A stretch of 64,000 nt of DNA from Candidatus Latescibacterota bacterium (GTDB lineage Bacteria > Latescibacterota > UBA2968). The translations under genes were made by a program, and so were the position numbers. Shown here piece by piece: positions 29,211-38,237 of the stretch. The notes below the pieces were generated by a model. The model saw only the letters and a list, made by a program, of their open reading frames with translations. It searched no databases and was not told the DNA's origin. Numbering within the stretch: position 1 is the first letter of the stretch; each line of letters opens with the position of its first letter. Where the stretch lies: NCBI GenBank assembly GCA_965116885.1, contig OZ220741.1, forward strand, positions 4,576,001 through 4,640,000, read 5' to 3'.

Positions 29211-30994
29211 GGTTTTGATCGCAATTCATAGATGCTTTCATCATGATTGATAGACCCGTCGGTTCGGTCAGATTTCGCAAATCCAACCATCTCATCAAGA
29301 ATTGCGTAGCCTTCTTCTATTTTATTTTTTTCAATGATTTCAGGATTAATAGGGCCACTTCGCACAAGAAAGATGAAATAATCCAGCACGTCTAATGCCT
29401 GCCAGATAATCCCGGTGAACACATCGCGCAAATGCTGGCTCTCAACGCCGAAGTCCCTGGCAATTTTTCGATATTTGCTACCTTTACGATGTGCGGCACT
29501 ACTGGAACGTAAACTCTGAAGTTTCCGCAGAAAGGCGATACGCTCGGCAGCACCTTCAACATTATGGGAACTAAGGACGGCTTCAAGGCGTGCAATGCTA
29601 CCTTTATGTCTCGCTTTCTGATCCTCAGGAATAAGCGTGTTTAGACGTCTTTCGTTTAGGGAATCAATGAGTATCTTGGTAAGGCTCAAAATCAACGCAT
29701 CAAAATCGCGTTGCTCGTCAGTAGATGGAATTCTCAAGCCTTGGAAATGGTATTCATCACCGGGGTCCAGCGGCAACAACAACTGCCAACCCAGGTATTC
29801 TTTACAGGTATCTTGCAACTTTTGATAACGTTCTCTAAACAAGTGCTCAGGTCGATCTGACTCTGCAGACTGATTCAAGATTTGACGCTTAAAATAGGTC
29901 TTACTTACACCGCCTTCGGGCGGGATATTGTAAGACCGCCAGTATAGCTGTTCTGTATAAGGGAGGTCTCGCCCCAGATCGCCTAACCACGCACAGATTT
30001 TGTCGTCGTGATAGCTGTCAATCTCCATGCACCACAGGTCACCACAGCGCAGAAGCGAATCCTCTACGGTATATTTACTGGACTCATGGTAATACTTGTC
30101 TAAAACCTGTTTGCGAAAATGCACAGGGGTCAGATAATGGGGCGCGTCGGGGTTTGCTCCAAAATAATTTGCCAGAGCATCCGGGTCAGATGTATGGATA
30201 ATTTCATCTCCATCCTCATCGACATCAATGATAAATTCCACATGCTCTTCTTCCGGTTTCTCAGAAAATCCCCATAACCCGCTTTTGGATTTCGGCAGAG
30301 GTTTAATAAGTCGCTTGCCCAGCAACCGACTAAATGCTTGGTGGCTACTGGAGACGCCAAAATCTCCATAGTGATGCCCCCAACATATAAGATCATCCCT
30401 CTGATCACCTCCACCTTCCTTAAGCCCAAGTTCTTCCAGAGAGTACTCCGAGTACTCCCCACAATCGAATTGAATTGATAAATACATTTCCTTAATCGCC
30501 AAAAACTGACGAATCTCCTTGAGCCTTATCTGGACCTGATTGGCCTCAACAATAGCTACTACATCTTCATTACCTTCGTCATCAACCTTGATGTATTTAT
30601 CCTTCTTTCTATCGTGATATAGATGGTGGAAAAGTCGGAACTCCTCGGATATTTCCCTGTAGCCATTTCGCAATTCATAGAAGTTACGGTTAATGATTAA
30701 AGGTTCAATTCCTTCTGTTGATCCATAGCGTAAGTATTCAACTAGCTTCTCTCCACCTTCATAGTACTCAACGGTACCGGGCATACCAGCATTGAGCAAA
30801 AAATCCCAAGATGTGCTGAAAAGTATTTTCTTAGTCTGCGCAGATGGAATTAAAGCACAATAAATGCCGTAATTGTGGGCCTCTCGATAGTCAGATAGAT
30901 ACACGGTAACCATATCGGTCATTTTTAGGTCGCGTTTCAACCATGCCAGCATCTCAGCTTGGGATAACCGTTTTCGATCTAAATTAATGCTCAT
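29207..30994 (-). CDS. Large hypothetical protein with HEPN-like Rx5H motif and antitoxin-like C-terminal tail
   Basis: ~595 aa from ATG 30994 (GGAGG 6 nt upstream); LQSLRSSSAAHRKG near the C-terminus; final ~45 aa ILDEMVGFAKSDRTDGSINHDESIYE; stop overlaps the vapC start (ATGA). Confidence 0.7.
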   Translation of the reverse strand: MSINLDRKRLSQAEMLAWLKRDLKMTDMVTVYLSDYREAHNYGIYCALIPSAQTKKILFSTSWDFLLNAGMPGTVEYYEGGEKLVEYLRYGSTEGIEPLIINRNFYELRNGYREISEEFRLFHHLYHDRKKDKYIKVDDEGNEDVVAIVEANQVQIRLKEIRQFLAIKEMYLSIQFDCGEYSEYSLEELGLKEGGGDQRDDLICWGHHYGDFGVSSSHQAFSRLLGKRLIKPLPKSKSGLWGFSEKPEEEHVEFIIDVDEDGDEIIHTSDPDALANYFGANPDAPHYLTPVHFRKQVLDKYYHESSKYTVEDSLLRCGDLWCMEIDSYHDDKICAWLGDLGRDLPYTEQLYWRSYNIPPEGGVSKTYFKRQILNQSAESDRPEHLFRERYQKLQDTCKEYLGWQLLLPLDPGDEYHFQGLRIPSTDEQRDFDALILSLTKILIDSLNERRLNTLIPEDQKARHKGSIARLEAVLSSHNVEGAAERIAFLRKLQSLRSSSAAHRKGSKYRKIARDFGVESQHLRDVFTGIIWQALDVLDYFIFLVRSGPINPEIIEKNKIEEGYAILDEMVGFAKSDRTDGSINHDESIYELRSKP

Positions 30995-31085
30995 CACCAT
31001 CCTCCTTCCGCTATTTTGAATCCTGATCAAACAAATGTATAGCACAAAAACCACGTTTGTCAACTTAATCCCCTCATCTGATTCT

Positions 31086-31928
31086 CTATCTCACCTCATA
31101 AACACCCGCATCATCTCGTCTCAATCGTCCCCAGGCAACATCCGGATCGTGCGGCCACACCATAACCCAGTTCTCGGAAACAGCTCTCTCCATAACTTCT
31201 TGCTTAACCAGATAGGTCTGCCGCGGATACAGATCATACGCCATTACATAAATCGGCTTCAAGTGATGCGTCGTAGGAATCAAATCTCCCACAAAACAGA
31301 ACGTATCCTCGCCCGTATGCACCAGCACAGATTGATGTCTGCGGGTATGCCCTGGCGTAACTATGACCTCGATAAGAGGACAAATACGCTCATCCCCCTC
31401 CAACAGCGCGAGCACAGGTGACAACGGCCTCATCACCTCGTCGTATCGGTATCCATTCACAGTCTGCCCATCGGCATTCTCCGCATCGCCCCATTCCCCC
31501 TCTTGCACATAATAAGTCGCATTTGGAAAAGCGGGCACATATTCACCATCCTCCACCACCGTACATCCTCCGGCGTGGTCCTGGTGCAAATGCGTCAACA
31601 CAACCCGCGTAATCTCCTCGGGCGCAATCCGCAACGCCTCCAGGGACACCAAAAGCCCATCCGACTCATCGAGCGCGTAAATCTCCCGCAACTTCTCCGT
31701 CACCTTGCCCCCAAACCCCGTCTCAATCAGCACGACCTCCCCTTGCCCTCTCACAAGCAAACAATTCATCGTCAGCCCAATGCGATTGCGCTCATCGGGC
31801 GGATAACACCTCTCCCACAGTGGTCGGGGCACAACCCCAAACATCGCGCCGCCATCCATCCTCACCTGCCCGGCAGATAAAACCCACACATCACAACCAC
31901 CACTTTGCTTATAATCTACAATCGCCAT
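31086..31928 (-). CDS. MBL-fold metallo-hydrolase (YtnP-like)
   Basis: DGGAMFGVVP, THLHQDHAGG, TPGHT, GDLIP, PHDP. Confidence 0.92.
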   Translation of the reverse strand: MAIVDYKQSGGCDVWVLSAGQVRMDGGAMFGVVPRPLWERCYPPDERNRIGLTMNCLLVRGQGEVVLIETGFGGKVTEKLREIYALDESDGLLVSLEALRIAPEEITRVVLTHLHQDHAGGCTVVEDGEYVPAFPNATYYVQEGEWGDAENADGQTVNGYRYDEVMRPLSPVLALLEGDERICPLIEVIVTPGHTRRHQSVLVHTGEDTFCFVGDLIPTTHHLKPIYVMAYDLYPRQTYLVKQEVMERAVSENWVMVWPHDPDVAWGRLRRDDAGVYEVR

Positions 31929-32020
31929 ACTTTTACCTCCAACTTTGCACTTCGCACTTAACCCTATATATCTTATCTTATCCCCATAAAAAATATTCGC
32001 AACCAAAAACAGGAGGAAAT

Positions 32021-32788
32021 ATGCCAGCAGCACTCGTCACCGGATCCAGCAGAGGCATAGGCAGAGGCATAGCTTTCTGCCTTGCCGACGCGGGCTACGA
32101 CATCCTGGTCAACTACGCGGGCAATCTAACCGCAGCAGAAGAAACCGCAACAGGTATTCGAGAACGCGGACAAAACGTCCACATTTGTCAGGGCGACGTA
32201 ACCCGCATAGAAGACAGCAAACGCCTCGTAGATACCATACTCGACGCCTTTGGTCGCCTCGACATGCTCGTCAACAACGCCGGCATTGCCCCTCGCGTAC
32301 GCGCCGACATCCTCGAAGCTACCCCAGAAAGCTACGAAGACGTCATGAACACCAACCTCAAAGGACCCTACTTCTTAACCCAATACGCGGCAAACCACAT
32401 GATCGCACTCAAACAACAGGGAAAAATACAAACACCGCGCATCGTCGTCATCACCTCCATATCGGCCTACACCTCTTCAACGGCACGCGGCGAATACTGC
32501 GTCTCAAAAGCTGGCCTGAGCATGATGACGCGCCTATTTGCCGACCGGCTCGCAGAACACGGCATCCCCGTCAATGAAATCCAGCCAGGCATCATCCAGA
32601 CCGACATGACAGGACCCGTCAAAGAAAAATACGACCACCTGATAGCCGATGGTCTGACCCCCATCCGCAGGTGGGGACAACCCGAAGACATCGGCAAAGC
32701 CGTAGCGGCCATTGGACTCGGCTATTTCGACTTCACAACCGGCGCGGCAATCCCGGTTGACGGCGGATTCCACATGCACCGGCTCTGA
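32021..32788 (+). CDS. SDR family oxidoreductase (3-ketoacyl-ACP reductase-like)
   Basis: TGSSRGIG, NNAG, YCVSK motifs; AGGAGG RBS. Confidence 0.93.
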   Translation: MPAALVTGSSRGIGRGIAFCLADAGYDILVNYAGNLTAAEETATGIRERGQNVHICQGDVTRIEDSKRLVDTILDAFGRLDMLVNNAGIAPRVRADILEATPESYEDVMNTNLKGPYFLTQYAANHMIALKQQGKIQTPRIVVITSISAYTSSTARGEYCVSKAGLSMMTRLFADRLAEHGIPVNEIQPGIIQTDMTGPVKEKYDHLIADGLTPIRRWGQPEDIGKAVAAIGLGYFDFTTGAAIPVDGGFHMHRL

Positions 32789-32842
32789 TTTAGCAGCCAG
32801 TCTATATACCCCAAATGGCCTTTGATTTTTTGGGGTATGTAG

Positions 32843-32871
32843 TTGACATATTTTGTCTTATATCGTACCTT
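32843..32871 (+). promoter_or_regulatory. Probable sigma70 promoter
   Basis: TTGACA-17 bp-TACCTT upstream of the Cys-rich gene. Confidence 0.5.
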
Positions 32872-32921
32872 ATAAATAAGCATAAAACATCGTAATTCTA
32901 CGCTTTCAAGTGAGGCACCAA

Positions 32922-33698
32922 ATGCTGAAGCGCTTTTTTAGTAAAAATGCTGAACCAGAGAATGGTACAAGCAAAGAAAGACAAATCCACATCGAAGGGC
33001 AAGACGAGCACGTTCAGGAAGCCATGGACCTCCTCGCACAAGAGGATCAAGATGATCTCGACGAAGCTCTTGACGAAGTTAATGAAACCGTGCGAGAAGC
33101 CGCCAGAGCCTCCCTGCGCGACCTGAGACTCATGCAAGAAGGCCACTGTCCATCCTGTGGTCACAAAACACTGCGGCAATTCCTCTTTACAACTGTGTGT
33201 TCCAGTTGCGGTTGGTTTTCATTTATCTCGCCCGAAGAAGGCCAATCTCACATCCACCTGCAAAGTGGGCGTATCATCGAATGCGGCACCACATTCGACA
33301 CCAAAGGCGACTTTGTACTCGGCATCACAAATGGCGTTGTTCGCGCCAAAGTTCCAAAAGAAAATGTCGAATACATCGAATTTTCCTGGACCGAAGAAGA
33401 AATCCAGCGCAAACGCGAATCCCGCGCAAAAGAGGAAACGGGAATATGTAGCTGGTGCGAAAAAGCGCTCGCAGATGATGGTGATGAAAATATCATTGTC
33501 TATGCGGCCTTCGGCACCACCCAGATGCGCTATGTCTTCTGTTCAAACAAATGCAATGAAGCCTTCCAAAAACAATACCCCATTCGCATTCACAAAAATT
33601 GCTACGAACGCTCCTGCCTCGATTGCGACCTGTGCAACAAACGCTACCTGGGCGAAGACGAGACCTTTCTCAAATTGCTCGAGCAAGGGAAAGTCTGA
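32922..33698 (+). CDS. Multi-zinc-finger hypothetical protein
   Basis: CPSC..CSSC ribbon, CSWC...FCSNKC (TRASH/MYM-like) and H..C....C..C..C cluster; acidic N-terminus. Confidence 0.75.
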   Translation: MLKRFFSKNAEPENGTSKERQIHIEGQDEHVQEAMDLLAQEDQDDLDEALDEVNETVREAARASLRDLRLMQEGHCPSCGHKTLRQFLFTTVCSSCGWFSFISPEEGQSHIHLQSGRIIECGTTFDTKGDFVLGITNGVVRAKVPKENVEYIEFSWTEEEIQRKRESRAKEETGICSWCEKALADDGDENIIVYAAFGTTQMRYVFCSNKCNEAFQKQYPIRIHKNCYERSCLDCDLCNKRYLGEDETFLKLLEQGKV

Positions 33699-33728
33699 TA
33701 AGGCGGTCACTCATCAACCTAAAAAATC

Positions 33729-33765
33729 AGTCCCCCATCGCAATAATACGCGATGGGGGACTTTT
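33729..33765. terminator. Terminator between convergent genes
   Basis: AGTCCCCCATCGC-loop-GCGATGGGGGACT followed by TTT. Confidence 0.85.
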
Positions 33766-33799
33766 ATTATGTCCTCAAAACCGCTTTGCATAAAGTCTT

Positions 33800-34402
33800 T
33801 TACTCGAGTTCAAATACACCCCACTTTGAGTCGGCTGAGTCCTTGAGGATTTCCCTGTCCGAAAGCAGGACATGAAATCTGTATCGACTGCCATTAACAG
33901 GCATCTGAGCATAGATCGAATAACAACGCCTACAAGCCGTTATCTTGATCTCTGTGTCGCAGGGGATACAGTCCCAAACCCCCAAAGGTTTTCTTTGACA
34001 TCGCAGGCACTCGATTTGTTCGATTAGATTTTTATTGCGTTCCCGAAATTTTTCCAACTCGCCAGAAACCACCATGGGACCTATATACGATACACCTGCA
34101 GAGTTGCACACCTTGCAGAATGACCTTTCGTCACCATCCATCGTTCGCCTTTCGCCCGAAAAGTCGTCGTACACCAGCAGGCAATGCCCACACGCGAAAA
34201 TGCCCTCTTCGTCTGGCTCGCGGTCCTCAAAACGCCTGAAATACGCCAGAATATCGGACTTATCACTATCGGGCAATTTCTCGAATGGCTGCATTTTGGT
34301 TCCACATTCATGGCAGCAACAGCCAAAGAAACCCTTTGCCCATCGGCCAAAAGTTCCAAGGATTACGATAATGAGAATGGCTAAAATGATAAACGCTTCC
34401 AC
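33800..34402 (-). CDS. Membrane-anchored Cys-rich hypothetical protein
   Basis: N-terminal TM helix then six CxxC pairs (CHEC, CGHC, CKVC, CLRC, CIPC, CRRC). Confidence 0.7.
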   Translation of the reverse strand: MEAFIILAILIIVILGTFGRWAKGFFGCCCHECGTKMQPFEKLPDSDKSDILAYFRRFEDREPDEEGIFACGHCLLVYDDFSGERRTMDGDERSFCKVCNSAGVSYIGPMVVSGELEKFRERNKNLIEQIECLRCQRKPLGVWDCIPCDTEIKITACRRCYSIYAQMPVNGSRYRFHVLLSDREILKDSADSKWGVFELE

Positions 34403-34459
34403 AGTCGGTTCCTCATGTTAGTAGTTATCACACTTGCAACCACACCTGCTTACCTGTAG

Positions 34460-34870
34460 CTATGAGCTTTGCGATGGGGCACTCAGAATGGCCTCGCGAA
34501 GTTGTTGTTGAAGTTGCCTGTCTAAAAGATAAGTGCTATCATACCCGATGTCTTCGCAAATCAGGAAGATTGCCCTGGCCACTTTTTTGTTGCAGATGTT
34601 CTCATTTATATTTGCTAAATAGGCAGCCCATTTTTCTGAGTCCTGAAGTGCAGCCTGCGCCTTTTCCCAAATATGTGGTATTTCTGCTTTAGCGTTGAAC
34701 CGCCAGCGAATCCTTTTGACAAGTTGCTGAAATTCCCACTGTTCCATAAAAGTCAAGAGTCTGTCATTGCAAAGGGTGAGGATAACGGCTTCGAGACAGG
34801 CCCTCTGTTCCTCTGTGGTTGCGGCACTGATTTTTCCAGAATTGGTAAATTGCATCAAAAAATTGAACAT
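34460..34870 (-). CDS. Hypothetical helical protein (possibly TerB-like)
   Basis: 136-aa ORF with AGAGGA RBS; weak resemblance to TerB-fold patterns. Confidence 0.55.
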   Translation of the reverse strand: MFNFLMQFTNSGKISAATTEEQRACLEAVILTLCNDRLLTFMEQWEFQQLVKRIRWRFNAKAEIPHIWEKAQAALQDSEKWAAYLANINENICNKKVARAIFLICEDIGYDSTYLLDRQLQQQLREAILSAPSQSS

Positions 34871-34942
34871 CTATCTATTTCCTCTAATCTACGGGTTTTT
34901 AGCTCTATCCATCCCTGTTTTCACAGGGACAGGCCTGCGGAT

Positions 34943-36334
34943 CTATTCAATCAATTCTTTGACATCGTGAACGCGAATATCAACTTCAGGCAAGTGTTTG
35001 TTCAGGATGTCTATGATGTGATCTTTGGGTCCGACAAAGATCATGATCATATTCTCTGGCACAAAAAACTTTTCGAGAAAAGCACGTACCTCAGCATCGG
35101 TAATTGACTTAGAACCACCTTTGCGCCTTGGAGGATTATGGATGGCTCGATATACCTCATTGTCCAGTCTTCGCTGTGGTGTCAACAACTCATGGGCATG
35201 GGCATGAGCATAGACGACATTGCGACTTTCACGCAACTCTTTTATTTCTTCCCAAAAGCGAGGGTTATCGGGAAGCCCTCGGATAAACTTGGACATTTTT
35301 ACAATCAGTTCTTCACTATTATGGAGTTGAGGGTCAGCGTAAATTTCGAGAAATCTGATATATTCTGATGATAAATAATTGATACCTGTACTATAGACCA
35401 ATCCCAACTCATCTCGAAAATATTTGTAGAGCAACCCTCGAGCACCATATCGTCCAAGCGTCATGGATATCATTGGGGGAATATAATTAGGTCCTCTTAT
35501 ACTCCCATAAGGAATCAGCCAGGCACACCCAACATTCTTGCTGTTTAAATCAAAGACAAAAGCTGAAGGACCAAAATGATGATCGATTACTGGAGGTACA
35601 AATGAATGCACAAACCCGCCTACCTGTCCGCCTGTCTGCTGTTGCACAGGCAGGCGTTTTAGCAGGCGGATTTTCCGTTCTTCTATAATTGGGCGAAGCA
35701 GTTTAGCGACCTCAGTGGAATCTCGGTTTGAGATCGTCTTAAAAAACACCACTTCTGTTTTCAGAAGCCGCTCATAATATTGTCTGGCGTCCTTTGCCAA
35801 AAGACCCTTCAACATTTTTAAGGGCTTGTACCTCTTTTTTATTTTTGTCTGTGCAAGTGCAAAACTTCTCATAAAAATATCGGGTCTTCTCCCGAGATGA
35901 TTCTGGTAATCAGCAACCCTCTTTTTTTTTACTTCCTCCAAGTCGGATTCAGAAAAATCGAAATTATATATGACATCGCGGACTATTTCTATAGACTCAG
36001 CGCAATTCTCAGACAGGGTAGAAATGGATATGGTCAGGGATGTTGTGTTGGCGAAGACATATAACTCAGTGCCCAATACCGCCAGTTGATTTATGTGTCC
36101 ATGCTTTTTTGCAAACTCCCTAATGAACTTTGAAACTGTCAGCGCAATCCCAATCTGGGCAGGCTGTTCCTGGTTGCTTCCTGCACCGAGAAAGACAATA
36201 TCAATTTTGGTCAATGGCGCGCGTTTGTCCTGGCGGTAAAAAATTTGATGGTTAGAAATCTCTGCATAAGCGGGTAGAATACTACACAGATAATACAGCA
36301 CAAGACCAAAAATTACACTCTGGAGCCTATTCAT
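34943..36334 (-). CDS. M16 family peptidase, non-catalytic subunit
   Basis: Signal peptide; LYKYFRDELGLVYS (R/Y motif); no HxxEH; overlaps the catalytic partner. Confidence 0.8.
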   Translation of the reverse strand: MNRLQSVIFGLVLYYLCSILPAYAEISNHQIFYRQDKRAPLTKIDIVFLGAGSNQEQPAQIGIALTVSKFIREFAKKHGHINQLAVLGTELYVFANTTSLTISISTLSENCAESIEIVRDVIYNFDFSESDLEEVKKKRVADYQNHLGRRPDIFMRSFALAQTKIKKRYKPLKMLKGLLAKDARQYYERLLKTEVVFFKTISNRDSTEVAKLLRPIIEERKIRLLKRLPVQQQTGGQVGGFVHSFVPPVIDHHFGPSAFVFDLNSKNVGCAWLIPYGSIRGPNYIPPMISMTLGRYGARGLLYKYFRDELGLVYSTGINYLSSEYIRFLEIYADPQLHNSEELIVKMSKFIRGLPDNPRFWEEIKELRESRNVVYAHAHAHELLTPQRRLDNEVYRAIHNPPRRKGGSKSITDAEVRAFLEKFFVPENMIMIFVGPKDHIIDILNKHLPEVDIRVHDVKELIE

Positions 36335-37793
36335 TTGAAGACAGCCTTTCGGGAGAACTATGTCTTCTTATAGCCCATCCCATCAGCGAGACAAAACCTG
36401 CCAAAACCAATACCATAATCCCATAGTATAACGAGGTTCTCTGAGTCGGTTTTTCCTTTGTTGGCACTGTTAGGGAAAGCGTTATCGAATTGTCATTTAT
36501 CAGGTATTGATCTATTAGGCGGGGGATATCGTCTCTGCGGGCAGATTTGAGATCTTTTATCAATTTTGGATATAGCAAAGGATCGTTGGCATGGGCAAAC
36601 GCCCGTCCGAACTGAAGGGCCATACTTGAGCGGTCGTAAAATGCGGAATACATTGACTTTAATTGTAGATTTTGAGCTGAAGTAAATTCATCTTCAGAGA
36701 TACCATGCGCTCTGACCTTCTCCAATTCTGTTTGGATAGCGGTTTCAAGGGCATCTGCTGAATTGTCGGGCGGCAGGTCTGCCAGGCAACTCAGCAGACT
36801 AAATCCTTTATAGTGGTAAAACGATACCCTGAAAACTCTTGCAAGCTTAGAATCAATCACAGAAGATCGTAGGGAATTTGAGGTTTTATTCAAAATTCGA
36901 GCAATAATGAGCAAGGTCGCATAGTCGCGATGGCCTAAATTGGGGGTATGCCAACTCTTCCTGAATTTGGCAATACTGAGACTTTTTGAAGTGTCTTTTA
37001 TTTTTTTTCCGAGTATTTCAGAGTTGGGAAATTGTGGAGAAGGTGATTTGCTCGATAATTCGCCTGCTATTTGCTCATTCCCATAGGCTTCGTCCAGTTT
37101 GGTCAGGACATGATCAACATCCACATCGCCTATCACCAAGATCAATCTCTTTTGGTGGCGCAAAAAATTCTCATAGTACGCTTTTAGATCGACAGATTCG
37201 AGTTGTTTAATAAAATCCTCAGTGCCAATGTATGATGACTGCTTTTTCCCATGGATTAAGCCGAAAAAGCGATTGGAGAATTGTCTGTTTGGGTCTGCTA
37301 AATTGCGACTTCTTTCCGTCATTACAATTTTCTTTTGATTTTCAACGACCTCTTTATTGATCAAGGTATTGGAAAATCTTTTCGAGTCTATCTCAACTGC
37401 GAGGTCAAATTTATCCTTTGGGAATCGCATTCTTAAGTACATATAATGGATAGTTGTAAAAGCATAGTTTTGGCCCCCATTATCGACGATAAGTTGGTTG
37501 AGTTTTCCCGGCTCATAGCTACCTGTATCTGACATGATATGCTCTAAGAAGTGTATTCGTCCTTGTTCACCTTTTTCTTCGTCTGCGAATCCGGCACAGT
37601 AAAAGGTATAATACTCAAATGTCGGGATTGTTCGATCTACAACAATAACAGCATCGAGTCTGGGATTGATGGTGTAGTGCTGCGCGACGAGTTCTTCGGA
37701 TAATGCGCCCGTTCCAATAAGCTCATAAGAGTGGCAAGTTTCCGTCAGCAAGACGCATACAAGGAATGAGATGAGTGCATGAGTTTTTATCAT
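36327..37793 (-). CDS. M16 family (insulinase/pitrilysin) zinc peptidase, catalytic subunit
   Basis: GRIHFLEHIM (HxxEH), NGGQNYAFT, downstream Glu; signal peptide and C-terminal TM anchor. Confidence 0.85.
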   Translation of the reverse strand: MIKTHALISFLVCVLLTETCHSYELIGTGALSEELVAQHYTINPRLDAVIVVDRTIPTFEYYTFYCAGFADEEKGEQGRIHFLEHIMSDTGSYEPGKLNQLIVDNGGQNYAFTTIHYMYLRMRFPKDKFDLAVEIDSKRFSNTLINKEVVENQKKIVMTERSRNLADPNRQFSNRFFGLIHGKKQSSYIGTEDFIKQLESVDLKAYYENFLRHQKRLILVIGDVDVDHVLTKLDEAYGNEQIAGELSSKSPSPQFPNSEILGKKIKDTSKSLSIAKFRKSWHTPNLGHRDYATLLIIARILNKTSNSLRSSVIDSKLARVFRVSFYHYKGFSLLSCLADLPPDNSADALETAIQTELEKVRAHGISEDEFTSAQNLQLKSMYSAFYDRSSMALQFGRAFAHANDPLLYPKLIKDLKSARRDDIPRLIDQYLINDNSITLSLTVPTKEKPTQRTSLYYGIMVLVLAGFVSLMGWAIRRHSSPERLSSNE

Positions 37794-38143
37794 GTCTGAT
37801 ACTCAGCAAAGTTAGAAGTAGCTGCTTCGTCTATATGTCTGGATACATTCTTATACTACACAGTATAAAATCTGAAGGTTCTTCCAGCAAGCCTGAAAGA
37901 ACCTCCTCTGAAAATTCAATGGATACAAAGCATTAGGGGTCATACACCTCTGTATCTTCTTCCTCGTCATCATCTCCACAATCATAAGGGACGGTGCATT
38001 CATCTTCCGTGTCGTCATCTAAAAAGTCAAAATCTCCGCGTATTTGTGATTTCCACCGCGTATTTCTGTTTTTTTATCGTTTTTGAGATTGAGCATAAAA
38101 AAAACTGTAAATGGGTTTTTCCATTCACAGTTCGCAAAAATAT

Positions 38144-38170
38144 GGGGCGGGCACGGGGCACCGCCCTTAC
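38144..38170 (-). repeat. GTAG-class REP-like palindrome
   Basis: Reverse strand GTAAGGGCGGTGCCCCGTGCCCGCCCC, nearly identical to 25507-25533. Confidence 0.75.
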
Positions 38171-38204
38171 GCATGCCTGCGCTACATCTATCTATATCTC
38201 GCCT

Positions 38205-38237
38205 TTCATCTGCGTCTATCTGCGTCCATCTGCGGAT
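38205..38237 (-). repeat. Triple (CGCAGAT) repeat element, copy 3, inside an ABC gene 3' end
   Basis: TTCATCTGCGTCTATCTGCGTCCATCTGCGGAT encodes ...HPQMDADRRR* of the 38206-40185 ORF. Confidence 0.75.

Noticed and set aside
38052..38096. Double-glycine bacteriocin leader (MLNLKNDKKTEIRGG)
   Set aside because: The in-frame core would be only 10 aa, there is no clear RBS, and neighbouring ABC exporters lack a C39 peptidase domain.
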